From the sequence record OR995200.1: a stretch of DNA of 64,000 nt. One strand, written 5' to 3'. This document shows positions 1-10,924 of the stretch, piece by piece. The notes beneath the pieces are model-generated. The model made no database searches. It was not told the origin of the DNA and worked only from the letters and a program-made list of their open reading frames with translations. Position 1 is the stretch's first letter. Each line of letters starts with the position of its first letter. Source of the stretch: Escherichia phage JY01. Both the position numbers and the translations under genes were made by a program.

Positions 1-447
1 AATATAACAAATTACGTTATATTTTTCTTTTGCCTTTTTGAACAACTCTTCTTTTGAAGAATCATGACCACACATTAATATTTCTGAGAAGGCACCAGGA
101 AAAAGAGCATTCAAATTAAATTGACGATTCAGCAGAGCGTCAATAGAATCACCCAGTGCTGTAACAGCTACAAAATTATAATCTTCTTTTAATTTGTTAA
201 TTACACACAGGGCATCTTTATACGGAGACAAGTAACGAATAAAATCTGAACGATTGTATTTTTCAATTAACTTGACACCAAGTTCTTCATCGCAATTAAA
301 GAGCTTACCAGGAGAAATAAATTTTTCGTCCTGAATCATTTTTAAAATATGTTCTAATGGAAGATTATATTTTTGGGCAAAATAAGGAAGACCTGATTGC
401 CAGCTTAAACATACACCATCAATATCAGTCAAAATAGTAGGCTTCAT
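1..447 (-). CDS. HAD-superfamily hydrolase-like protein, partial (C-terminus runs off the window start); occupies the T4 30.2 position
   Basis: Minus-strand ATG at 445-447 overlapping the stop of the next ORF; N-terminus MKPTILTDIDGVCLSW carries a DxDx(T/V) HAD motif I; open to position 1. Confidence 0.5.
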   Translation of the reverse strand, partial: MKPTILTDIDGVCLSWQSGLPYFAQKYNLPLEHILKMIQDEKFISPGKLFNCDEELGVKLIEKYNRSDFIRYLSPYKDALCVINKLKEDYNFVAVTALGDSIDALLNRQFNLNALFPGAFSEILMCGHDSSKEELFKKAKEKYNVICYI

Positions 448-908
448 AGAGAGTCTCTTAATAGGTTTAACACATCAATAAATTCAGCTTCGGTTAGTAT
501 TGTATCATCTTTTGTTAGACCACTAGCCATGCTGTGCTTCAAAACTTTTCCTTTCGAGGCTTGTAATGCATCACGAAAGCCCTTGTTTTGGATCGCTGCT
601 TCAAAATATGCATTTGTGTATAATTCTTTCCACGCTGAGGAGTATCTTGAAAACGGAACTCCAAGCCAAAAGAGGGTCCCACGGTCCTGAGCTCTTGCAT
701 AAGACCTTCCAGCTTGTTGGGCGGCAAGCCCGGATAACCCAAATATACGACGTTGTTGTTCAACATTTTTCACCTTGCATCCTTGGAGGAATCCTTCAAG
801 ACCTCCAAATTGGATACCATCCATAACAAAAGGCCATTGGGCGAAATTACTTAATGCACATGATGGCCACCTAAAATTGCTTCTAATCTCTAACTCAGAC
901 ATTTTCAA
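444..908 (-). CDS. 30.3: YbiA/NADAR (DUF1768)-like protein, T4 30.3-like
   Basis: 154-aa ORF; LSNF...W...PF..DG..F...E motif pattern typical of the YbiA/NADAR family as recalled; position matches T4 30.3. Confidence 0.55.
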   Translation of the reverse strand: MKMSELEIRSNFRWPSCALSNFAQWPFVMDGIQFGGLEGFLQGCKVKNVEQQRRIFGLSGLAAQQAGRSYARAQDRGTLFWLGVPFSRYSSAWKELYTNAYFEAAIQNKGFRDALQASKGKVLKHSMASGLTKDDTILTEAEFIDVLNLLRDSL

Positions 909-1101
909 TGCTTATAATTTCAACATCAGCCCAATGACCATAGCAAGGAAGACGAAATTCAACTGGCCAGTTAGGGTCCTTTTCTAATATAATAGACTCA
1001 ACTCGTGGTTCTTCATGTTCATCAGTATATGGATTTTTATCTGTTACTTTATATGTGACTTTAATGTATTGAATTCCAAAAATCTTATTAATTATATTCA
1101 T
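895..1101 (-). CDS. hypothetical protein (T4 30.4 position)
   Basis: 68-aa ORF, minus strand, start/stop overlaps with neighbours. Confidence 0.45.
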   Translation of the reverse strand: MNIINKIFGIQYIKVTYKVTDKNPYTDEHEEPRVESIILEKDPNWPVEFRLPCYGHWADVEIISIENV

Positions 1102-1295
1102 ACTAATTCCTTTAATCCGTAAATAGGAGATAATTCATCACCCATACGAAGGTCTTCATTTCCATCTACCCAGGAAACAATATAAGCTTCTTTTATTTGA
1201 ATACCACTCCATTTAAATGGAGGTAGAACCTTAGAAATTAATCCAGGTATACCAACTCCCTTTAATTCAACAGTTTGACCTAAAAAGAATTTCAT
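1098..1295 (-). CDS. hypothetical protein (T4 30.5 position)
   Basis: 65-aa ORF, ATGA-type overlap with upstream ORF. Confidence 0.45.
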   Translation of the reverse strand: MKFFLGQTVELKGVGIPGLISKVLPPFKWSGIQIKEAYIVSWVDGNEDLRMGDELSPIYGLKELV

Positions 1296-1582
1296 TAGAA
1301 CCTCATCTGAAAACCGTGCGATTTAACATTACCGCCGCCAATATCAGAAATATTAATTTCACGCGCAATTGAAGGGTCAATGTCAATTTCACGATTGAGT
1401 TTAGTGATAGCTAAAGTATCGCACCCATTTACAATACGGAACTCCAAAGGGCAGACTATATTAACGTAGTTTTTAATTGATTCACTGGTAGGTTGCAAAT
1501 GAGCAGGAAGGTCTTTAGGCGCCTTAGAGAAAACCACTTCACAGAAATTTTTGCGGGTGTCAAAATAAGTAGTCATAAACAT
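1295..1582 (-). CDS. hypothetical protein (T4 30.6 position)
   Basis: 95-aa ORF; start preceded on the mRNA by a UUCG-tetraloop hairpin (1600-1613). Confidence 0.5.
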   Translation of the reverse strand: MFMTTYFDTRKNFCEVVFSKAPKDLPAHLQPTSESIKNYVNIVCPLEFRIVNGCDTLAITKLNREIDIDPSIAREINISDIGGGNVKSHGFQMRF

Positions 1583-1623
1583 AGTATTTTCCTTAGTAAG
1601 GGGCCGAAGCCCCTCATTTTATT

Positions 1624-1989
1624 TTAAATATCAAATTCGTTAAGAACTACATCAAAGATTGCTTCAAGATGCTCAGGTTTAGCTCTGTTACTCAGAATAT
1701 GACGAATCCAAGTTTTAACCAGAAGCTTGCGATTAACACCATTCCAGCAAGGATGAGTCCCTAAATCGCGTTGACGAAAATCATCATCCAAAGCGATTTT
1801 GAAGTTGGAACCTTCCATTGTGATTGAAACCGTGATGCCATTTTCAAATCGCATATAAACGTAGTTAGGAGTCATATACTGTTCAATTTCGCATACTGAT
1901 CCATTTTGATGTTTCCAAAGGCAGATAGTATCAATAGAACCTGCAATACCGTTAGAAACATATTTACGTTCAAAGTTGATGTAGTTCAT
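1624..1989 (-). CDS. hypothetical protein (T4 30.7 position)
   Basis: 121-aa ORF downstream of an early promoter module at 2025-2055. Confidence 0.5.
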   Translation of the reverse strand: MNYINFERKYVSNGIAGSIDTICLWKHQNGSVCEIEQYMTPNYVYMRFENGITVSITMEGSNFKIALDDDFRQRDLGTHPCWNGVNRKLLVKTWIRHILSNRAKPEHLEAIFDVVLNEFDI

Positions 1990-2024
1990 TTTTATTCTCC
2001 AAGATGTTTAATTGCGGTACAGGT

Positions 2025-2055
2025 ATATAATATCATATCCTGTACCAAAGTAAAC
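2025..2055 (-). promoter_or_regulatory. T4-type early promoter module
   Basis: Minus strand reads GTTTAC (2050-2055) and a TATAAT-like -10 about 17 nt downstream. Confidence 0.5.
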
Positions 2056-2057
2056 AA

Positions 2058-2390
2058 TTATTTTACTACTTTCCAATGCTGCATGTCAAGTTTACCAACT
2101 TTTTTCATCTTCTCAATCAAACGTTCGGCACGTTGGCGAGCTGTAACATAATACCATTCACCTAATTCATTTTGTTCAATTTTTCCAACGATTACTGTAT
2201 TCAATTCATAAATCCAACCAGTAAAGAAATTATGAACTTGAATTGTAAAGGTGAAATCTGTTCCCATACCTTCTGTTGTTTCTACTTCAATAATATCACC
2301 TTCAACTGCCATTAAGAACCACATAGTTTCATCATATTTACCATTGAAGCATTTAGTTTTAACTGCAGCGTTCAGATTAATCGTTTTCAT
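2058..2390 (-). CDS. hypothetical protein (T4 30.8 position)
   Basis: 110-aa ORF downstream of an early promoter module at 2417-2447. Confidence 0.5.
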   Translation of the reverse strand: MKTINLNAAVKTKCFNGKYDETMWFLMAVEGDIIEVETTEGMGTDFTFTIQVHNFFTGWIYELNTVIVGKIEQNELGEWYYVTARQRAERLIEKMKKVGKLDMQHWKVVK

Positions 2391-2416
2391 TTTATTCTCC
2401 TTTGTTTGTGTAAGAT

Positions 2417-2447
2417 AATACTATCACAAAGGAACCATACTGTAAAC
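2417..2447 (-). promoter_or_regulatory. T4-type early promoter module
   Basis: GTTTAC at 2442-2447 on the minus strand with a -10 near 2417-2425. Confidence 0.5.
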
Positions 2448-2470
2448 AACTTTATGCAATCTTTGGAAAA

Positions 2471-2495
2471 TAAAAAAGGACTCCCGAAGGAGTCC
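2471..2495 (-). terminator. intrinsic terminator (hairpin plus U-tract)
   Basis: GGACUCC-UUCG-GGAGUCC hairpin followed by UUUUUU on the minus-strand transcript. Confidence 0.6.
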
Positions 2496-2500
2496 TCAAC

Positions 2501-2677
2501 TTATGCTTTCTGCTTACCAAAACGAGAAGCATCATCTCGAAGAACCGCACGTGCTCGGCGCATGATCTTCTCAACAGTTTGATTGATACGAGAGTTCGAC
2601 CCACGCTTGTAGCCAGCGCGTTTAGAATCACCAACTTTCTTTTCAACTGCTTTCTTTGCTTTAGCTTGTTTTGCCAT
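2501..2677 (-). CDS. small basic protein (T4 30.9 position)
   Basis: Lys/Arg-rich ORF; likely start MAKQAKAKK at 2677 (track ORF extends to 2719); hairpin plus U-tract terminator immediately downstream. Confidence 0.45.
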   Translation of the reverse strand: MAKQAKAKKAVEKKVGDSKRAGYKRGSNSRINQTVEKIMRRARAVLRDDASRFGKQKA

Positions 2678-2921
2678 TATAAATTCTCTTTTAAATGAAA
2701 ATGCAGGACTTATTGGCATTGCCTGCGCAAGCCCTCAAGGGGAACGTAGGTTTTTGGATATTTAACGACCAGGATAACCATAAACCCGTCATCATTCACA
2801 TTCAAGAGGTACACCGTAAAACTGCCGGGGTCTTAAAACTATAATGATTCGCAAATCATTAATCAGACAGTTCGACGGCTCCTCGATTTAGCTCACACTA
2901 AGGCAGTGAATCTCCAATAAA

Positions 2922-3170
2922 TTACTTCAATGTTACCACAAAGTGACGAACTGCTTTTCGCGCAGCAGAAGCCAAAGGCTTAGCATATTTAAGTTCATCT
3001 TTTTCCTGAAGCTCAGCAGCTAATGCAGTTTGAGTAGGATTCAGATGTTTGAAATAACGCAGGATTTCAAGAGCTTCGGCTTCAACATCAATAGATGCGC
3101 CATAGTTTTCGTGACCATTATTCCATGCGTTTCGTTGCAGTTCAAGAGCGTGTTGTAATTGTTTAATCAT
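2922..3170 (-). CDS. rIII: rIII lysis-inhibition accessory protein
   Basis: 82 aa, same size as T4 RIII, located immediately downstream of gene 31 as in T4. Confidence 0.75.
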   Translation of the reverse strand: MIKQLQHALELQRNAWNNGHENYGASIDVEAEALEILRYFKHLNPTQTALAAELQEKDELKYAKPLASAARKAVRHFVVTLK

Positions 3171-3317
3171 TTAAAAATTCTCGTTAGAGATTAAAACTCG
3201 GTAGTCACGTTCTTCTGAATTTCATCTTCTTTCGACAGATCTCTCAGTTGTAGACTACCACATAGAATTGTTCGGTTAACTTATTATTCCGACACCCAAT
3301 TCATATTATTATTTATA

Positions 3318-3653
3318 TCACTTATAAAGACACGGAATAGCTTTATAGTGACAAGTAACGAATTTTTGTTTAATTTCTTTTGGCTGCTTAAGACCCAGAG
3401 CTACAAAAGGATGCGGAACATTTCGAATTTGACCAACTGGAAGAGAAGTCAAATCACCAACTTCGCAGAAACCTTCAGGAACATCAGGACCGACAGAGTG
3501 AACTACACACAGTTCAGGAACTTCACCTTGAACACGTTTACCGATAATAAGTCCTGATTCTGTAACTTCTTCATCACCGGCTTGTGCAGGTTCAGAAACT
3601 AAAATAACATATTCACCGACAGCACGAATTGGTAGCTGTTGTACTTCAGACAT
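3318..3653 (-). CDS. 31: gp31 co-chaperonin (GroES analogue for capsid protein folding)
   Basis: 111 aa; sequence and size as recalled for T4 gp31; synteny rIII-31-cd. Confidence 0.9.
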
Positions 3654-3709
3654 CGTTTTTCCTTTTTGTTAACAGATGAATTAATAATAACAAATAATTC
3701 TTAAAGCAT

Positions 3710-4018
3710 TTATTTACCAATAAATTGGAGCAAATGCTCAACTTTCATACCATTAACGGAAATCAATTTGTCAATAGAAAAACCTCGCCATGCACCAAGC
3801 TCAACATCAAATACCGGAATCATGTCAGTAGATTCTTTCCGAGTAGATTCAGTCAATTTGCCAGTTTGCATGGTTGGCATAAAGTCCGCGTCGCGAGTAC
3901 CTTTCATAACACGAATAGTACCGTCAGACTTTTCAAAAACTACGTTTGAAACACCCATGGACAATTTAGTTTTCAAAATTTCACGAATTGCTACTTTCTG
4001 CTCAGTTGTCAGTTTCAT
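3710..4018 (-). CDS. hypothetical protein (31.1 position)
   Basis: 102-aa ORF between 31 and cd. Confidence 0.5.
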   Translation of the reverse strand: MKLTTEQKVAIREILKTKLSMGVSNVVFEKSDGTIRVMKGTRDADFMPTMQTGKLTESTRKESTDMIPVFDVELGAWRGFSIDKLISVNGMKVEHLLQFIGK

Positions 4019-4255
4019 TTATTTACCTATTACAGTTTTAATATGAGTTGTTCCACGTTCTTTAAGGGTGGAAAGTAATTTTTGGCATTTTTCTAAATCA
4101 GATTTCCAACTATATGGTCTATCAATACAAACCCATTCTGACTTATAATACTGCTTCCATTTAGAGAAAAAATATTTCTTATACTCTACAGCAAATGAAA
4201 TGTTCTCGTTGGAATAAGAACTAATTGCTGTGAGTTGTACCAAACGAAATTTCAT
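4019..4255 (-). CDS. hypothetical protein (31.2 position)
   Basis: 78-aa ORF, stop overlaps cd region. Confidence 0.5.
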   Translation of the reverse strand: MKFRLVQLTAISSYSNENISFAVEYKKYFFSKWKQYYKSEWVCIDRPYSWKSDLEKCQKLLSTLKERGTTHIKTVIGK

Positions 4256-4836
4256 TATTCACCACAGAATTCGTTGATATTTTCCCAGTTTAACTTATTC
4301 AAGTTTTTCTTAGGAACATTAAACACTTCAATACCTGCATTTCGCAGAATATCATCCCAGCCAGGTTTATTTTTATCATATGTTTCGCAATAAACCAGCT
4401 TTTTAATACCAGATTGAGCTATCGCTTTTGCACAATCTGGACAAGGAGAAAGTGTTACATACATAGTAGCACCTTCAATAGAAGAGCCATTTCGTGCAGC
4501 AAACAAAATCGCATTTAGTTCAGCATGAATTTCATTTTTAGACGACCATTCCGAGTGAGCGCTACGATGTTCTTTCGCCAAAACAAAACGATCAGTTGAA
4601 CCAAATGATACGCATTCAGGCTTATGGCCTTGAATGATAGTATGTTTAGGTTTATTCAGCAACCAACCTTGCTCAGCGGCATAATCACAACAGTTCACAC
4701 CACCAGCAGGGGAACCATTATATCCGGTAGAAATAATACGTCCATTCTTTTCAATTACTGCTCCTACCTTCCAGGAGCAACATTTTGATTCCTGCGATAC
4801 TAAATATGCAATTTGAAGTACTGTACTCGCTTTCAT
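4255..4836 (-). CDS. cd: dCMP deaminase
   Basis: 193 aa; cytidine/dCMP deaminase zinc motifs HAELNAI and SPCPDCAKAI; T4 position. Confidence 0.9.
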   Translation of the reverse strand: MKASTVLQIAYLVSQESKCCSWKVGAVIEKNGRIISTGYNGSPAGGVNCCDYAAEQGWLLNKPKHTIIQGHKPECVSFGSTDRFVLAKEHRSAHSEWSSKNEIHAELNAILFAARNGSSIEGATMYVTLSPCPDCAKAIAQSGIKKLVYCETYDKNKPGWDDILRNAGIEVFNVPKKNLNKLNWENINEFCGE

Positions 4837-5171
4837 TTCATAATCACCAGATAAGCAGATTTAACAGTTTCAACACGATAAATTTCGTGACGAAGTTTAG
4901 TTATACTTTTAATAACAGAACTAATTATATTCTGCCCATCTTTAAAGCGGTTTTTCTTATCAATGAAAATTGCACCAGCCATCTTTTTGTGAAGCTCAAC
5001 TGGATACTTCGTCACAATAATAGCATCATACACAGAAGGATGAATACTATTCACTAGAGTATCGTTCATTAAAGTTATTCTAATGAACTGTGCTGTTTCA
5101 GAGTCAAGCGCTCTATGATCGCCAGTATCATTTTCAAGACAATTATCAATTATATCAGTTAAATTCATCAT
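4833..5171 (-). CDS. hypothetical protein (cd.x)
   Basis: 112-aa ORF, overlapping start/stop with neighbours. Confidence 0.45.
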   Translation of the reverse strand: MMNLTDIIDNCLENDTGDHRALDSETAQFIRITLMNDTLVNSIHPSVYDAIIVTKYPVELHKKMAGAIFIDKKNRFKDGQNIISSVIKSITKLRHEIYRVETVKSAYLVIMK

Positions 5172-5404
5172 AGTACGCCATACACCCTTTGTGCTTCAAC
5201 TAATCCATCAAAATCCAATTTGAGATGTGTTATTTGGTCACCATCACCTGGATTCACAATTACTAATACCGAACGAGGAGTTTCGGTAATAACACGAACC
5301 GACGTTTCAGGAAATCGTTCAGAAACCTTATTTACCAATTCTTGAGCAAATAGTTTAACTTTTTCTTGGAATTCTTTAACAGTAATTGGTTTTTCGCTTA
5401 GCAT
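5168..5404 (-). CDS. hypothetical protein (cd.x)
   Basis: 78-aa ORF. Confidence 0.45.
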   Translation of the reverse strand: MLSEKPITVKEFQEKVKLFAQELVNKVSERFPETSVRVITETPRSVLVIVNPGDGDQITHLKLDFDGLVEAQRVYGVL

Positions 5405-5925
5405 GTTGATCCTAGCTCCTTACTTTCAACATTTTTAACTAATTTGACAGAAACTAATTCAGCATCTTGGGTAATCATTACCGGACCTTCTTCATGCTCT
5501 TCAAGATATTCTAGAGCTTTCTTTTTAGCTTCTTCCTTCGTATCAGTTTGAGCATAGATATAGAACATACAACCAGTAATACCTACTACTTTCCACTTAA
5601 TTTCTTTACCAGTTTTAATTTCAAATTTACTTACAGAATCATCTTTTTGAACTTCTTCGAAAAAAGAATATTCTAACATATAAGCAATTGAAAATAACGG
5701 GCTAACTTTATAGGATTCACCCATTACATCAACAGCTTTATACCAACAATCATCAATTTCACGTTTAATGCTAATAACATTTTTCGCAGGATCTATTTTT
5801 ACTTTAAATGAATTTTCCCCAATAAACTGGGCAATTCGTTTATTAGCCCCGCAAGTTTCATTAAAAATATCTTTATATCCAGCTTTAAAGCGATAAACCT
5901 TATCTTCTTCAAACCATTCGCTCAT
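5398..5925 (-). CDS. hypothetical protein (cd.x)
   Basis: 175-aa ORF downstream of an early promoter module at 5955-5985. Confidence 0.5.
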   Translation of the reverse strand: MSEWFEEDKVYRFKAGYKDIFNETCGANKRIAQFIGENSFKVKIDPAKNVISIKREIDDCWYKAVDVMGESYKVSPLFSIAYMLEYSFFEEVQKDDSVSKFEIKTGKEIKWKVVGITGCMFYIYAQTDTKEEAKKKALEYLEEHEEGPVMITQDAELVSVKLVKNVESKELGSTC

Positions 5926-5954
5926 TTCAATTTCCTCATTTGTTTTGGTAGAGC

Positions 5955-5985
5955 TATAATATCACAACTCTACCGTAAAGTAAAC
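5955..5985 (-). promoter_or_regulatory. T4-type early promoter module
   Basis: GTTTAC at 5980-5985 and a TATAAT-containing -10 at 5955-5963 (minus strand). Confidence 0.5.
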
Positions 5986-5987
5986 TA

Positions 5988-6263
5988 TTAAATTGCTTTG
6001 AATTCTGATGTCTGTGATTCAAAGCGAATGTCGCCTTTGATAACTAGCTCAGCATCAAGACCAAATACAACAATGATATGCGCGGAACCTGGATACAACG
6101 TAATGGCAATAGAATCCACCTGGTCTGGAAGCAAAGCGTTCAATACATGAGTCACTTGAGCGTGGATTCGAAGTTCAGCTGCATTATCAAGCTTTTCAAA
6201 CATGTTATTAGCGATAATTTGGCTAAACACTACTTCTACGATTTTAGAGTAAGTCGGAAACAT
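5988..6263 (-). CDS. hypothetical protein (cd.x)
   Basis: 91-aa ORF. Confidence 0.45.
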   Translation of the reverse strand: MFPTYSKIVEVVFSQIIANNMFEKLDNAAELRIHAQVTHVLNALLPDQVDSIAITLYPGSAHIIVVFGLDAELVIKGDIRFESQTSEFKAI

Positions 6264-6265
6264 AT

Positions 6266-6458
6266 TTACCTCACATAATTTTCTTCAAGCCAATCAATAA
6301 CATCTAAAGCGTTATCAAAAGTTGAACCATCTACTCTGTCTTCTGTTTCATAATCAAGAACATCTAAGCCTACTCTTCCATCAACAATAGGCCATAAACA
6401 AAATAGATATTTCTTTTCTTTTTCAATTTTATCACAAAGATGATAAATCTTTTCTAGG

Positions 6459-6466
<8 letters not shown>
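6266..6466 (-). CDS. hypothetical protein (cd.x)
   Basis: 66-aa ORF. Confidence 0.4.
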
Positions 6467-7874
<1,408 letters not shown>

Positions 7875-7878
<4 letters not shown>

Positions 7879-8111
7879 TTATTTTTCTCAACTAATGATT
7901 GAATATAATCATGCAGATCTTTAGACGCCTTAGCCCAATTATTTTGATATTCATTTTTAAGATTAGCACGAGATTGAGCTAATAAAACATCATTAGTTGG
8001 AGGTAAAGATTCTAACCGCTGAATCTGGCGTCCGTAAATCATTGCAGCCATCTCGGATTCATAAATCAATCCTTTGAGATGTTCAAATTGATGCCATGAA
8101 ATCATTTGCAT
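7875..8111 (-). CDS. hypothetical protein (pseT.2 position)
   Basis: 78-aa ORF. Confidence 0.45.
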
Positions 8112-8401
8112 TTATCCTCTTTTAACTCTTGACGATAATAACATATCATAGTTTTCTGATCATGTACATATCGTTTTACATCATTAAGCCAAATGCGAAA
8201 TTCCTGGGAATCTTCAAATGGCATACCGACCCAAGCTTTACCATCAATAACTTTAACTTGCCAAGATAGTTTAGCTTCGTCATATGACTTTATTTGTACA
8301 GGCCAATTAGGATGAACTGTTTCTTTCTTTACTTCTAGAGGCTTTGTAGAACAACCAACTAGAAGACCAATAGATAATATTACTGCTGATAGTTTAATCA
8401 T
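8102..8401 (-). CDS. predicted lipoprotein (pseT.3 position)
   Basis: 99 aa; N-terminal signal peptide with lipobox-like LLVGC. Confidence 0.45.
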   Translation of the reverse strand: MIKLSAVILSIGLLVGCSTKPLEVKKETVHPNWPVQIKSYDEAKLSWQVKVIDGKAWVGMPFEDSQEFRIWLNDVKRYVHDQKTMICYYRQELKEDKCK

Positions 8402-8751
8402 TTAGAAAGGTCCTGGATGTCTTCTGCGAACTTATTGAAGGAGTTGTTGATTTGTTTTTCAACCAATCCTGGCTTACGAGCCACCACATCCGCCTTCTTT
8501 GCGTCTTTGCGCAGCTTTTCATTTTCACGCTCAATAGCAGCAATTGCCTCACGATTTTTATTATTCATTGCATCAATATAATTATATTGATTTTTTAAAT
8601 CATTTAATGCTAAAGCGTTTTCATTGGCCGTTTTTGTAATTTCAGTAACTGATGTTTCTAATCTTTCTACCTTATTTTTTAAAATAATAGATGTTCCGCC
8701 AAATGCTATTACAAGTAATAGCAATCCAGCTGTAAAATTACTTACATGCAT
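8398..8751 (-). CDS. membrane-anchored coiled-coil protein
   Basis: 117 aa; hydrophobic N-terminal helix (LLLLVIAFGGTSIIL) followed by charged helical region. Confidence 0.45.
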   Translation of the reverse strand: MHVSNFTAGLLLLVIAFGGTSIILKNKVERLETSVTEITKTANENALALNDLKNQYNYIDAMNNKNREAIAAIERENEKLRKDAKKADVVARKPGLVEKQINNSFNKFAEDIQDLSK

Positions 8752-9248
8752 AAAGTTTTAATAACCTCTATAATATCGTCTTGAGAAAGACCATTAATTA
8801 AAATATGATGTTCAGCTGGAGATTTAGAAATTTTAAAGCATGCCTCAACATCTTCTGCCATATCCGATGCACTACGATTTGGATTACTAATTCCAAGACG
8901 ATGTTTTCCCGTCAAAGGATTAACGATGATATAGCATTTGCAGCTATTGATATGAACATTAGGCTGAGTCTGATTAATGAATACTTCGCACTCATACTTA
9001 GCGAGTTGATTTTCTAAAAAGACTTTCATCTCCTCAACCGCATCAGGAAGCATATCACGGGCTTGCTCAAGACGACGATTTCGATATTCTTTAATGGTCG
9101 TTTTCCGTTTGACTTGCTTAGCTAAATCTTTCTTAAGATCGGTGATATATCCAACTCGACGATTTCCTTTAAATACAGAAATCCCATCCGTAGTATCACC
9201 GTATGCTTCAACAACCATTTCAGTAGTAATAAGCTGCAAATCCATCAT
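8742..9248 (-). CDS. alc: Alc-like protein (blocks host transcription on cytosine-containing DNA)
   Basis: 168 aa (T4 Alc is 167 aa), located between the pseT cluster and gene 63 as in T4; early promoter module just upstream (9277-9306). Confidence 0.6.
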   Translation of the reverse strand: MMDLQLITTEMVVEAYGDTTDGISVFKGNRRVGYITDLKKDLAKQVKRKTTIKEYRNRRLEQARDMLPDAVEEMKVFLENQLAKYECEVFINQTQPNVHINSCKCYIIVNPLTGKHRLGISNPNRSASDMAEDVEACFKISKSPAEHHILINGLSQDDIIEVIKTLCM

Positions 9249-9276
9249 AAAGTCCTCATGTTATGTCAGTAAAACT

Positions 9277-9306
9277 ACTATAACACAACACGAGAGACTT
9301 GTAAAC
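9277..9306 (-). promoter_or_regulatory. early promoter upstream of alc
   Basis: GTTTAC at 9301-9306 with a TATAGT-type -10. Confidence 0.5.
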
Positions 9307-9309
9307 AGC

Positions 9310-10897
<1,588 letters not shown>

Positions 10898-10919
10898 AAT
10901 AAAATGGGCCTTGCGGCCC
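10898..10919 (-). terminator. GNRA-tetraloop hairpin with U-rich tail between nrdB and denA
   Basis: GGGCC-GCAA-GGCCC then AUUUUAUU, immediately before the denA ATG. Confidence 0.45.
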
Positions 10920-10924
10920 ACTCC

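Noticed and set aside
566-826. Plus-strand ORFs lying inside minus-strand genes (e.g. 566-826, 3348-3557, 3725-4046, 7337-7636, 11198-11542, 39991-40353, 43645-44148)
   Set aside because: They sit antisense within well-supported early genes, lack RBS or promoter context, and have low-complexity translations; treated as shadow ORFs
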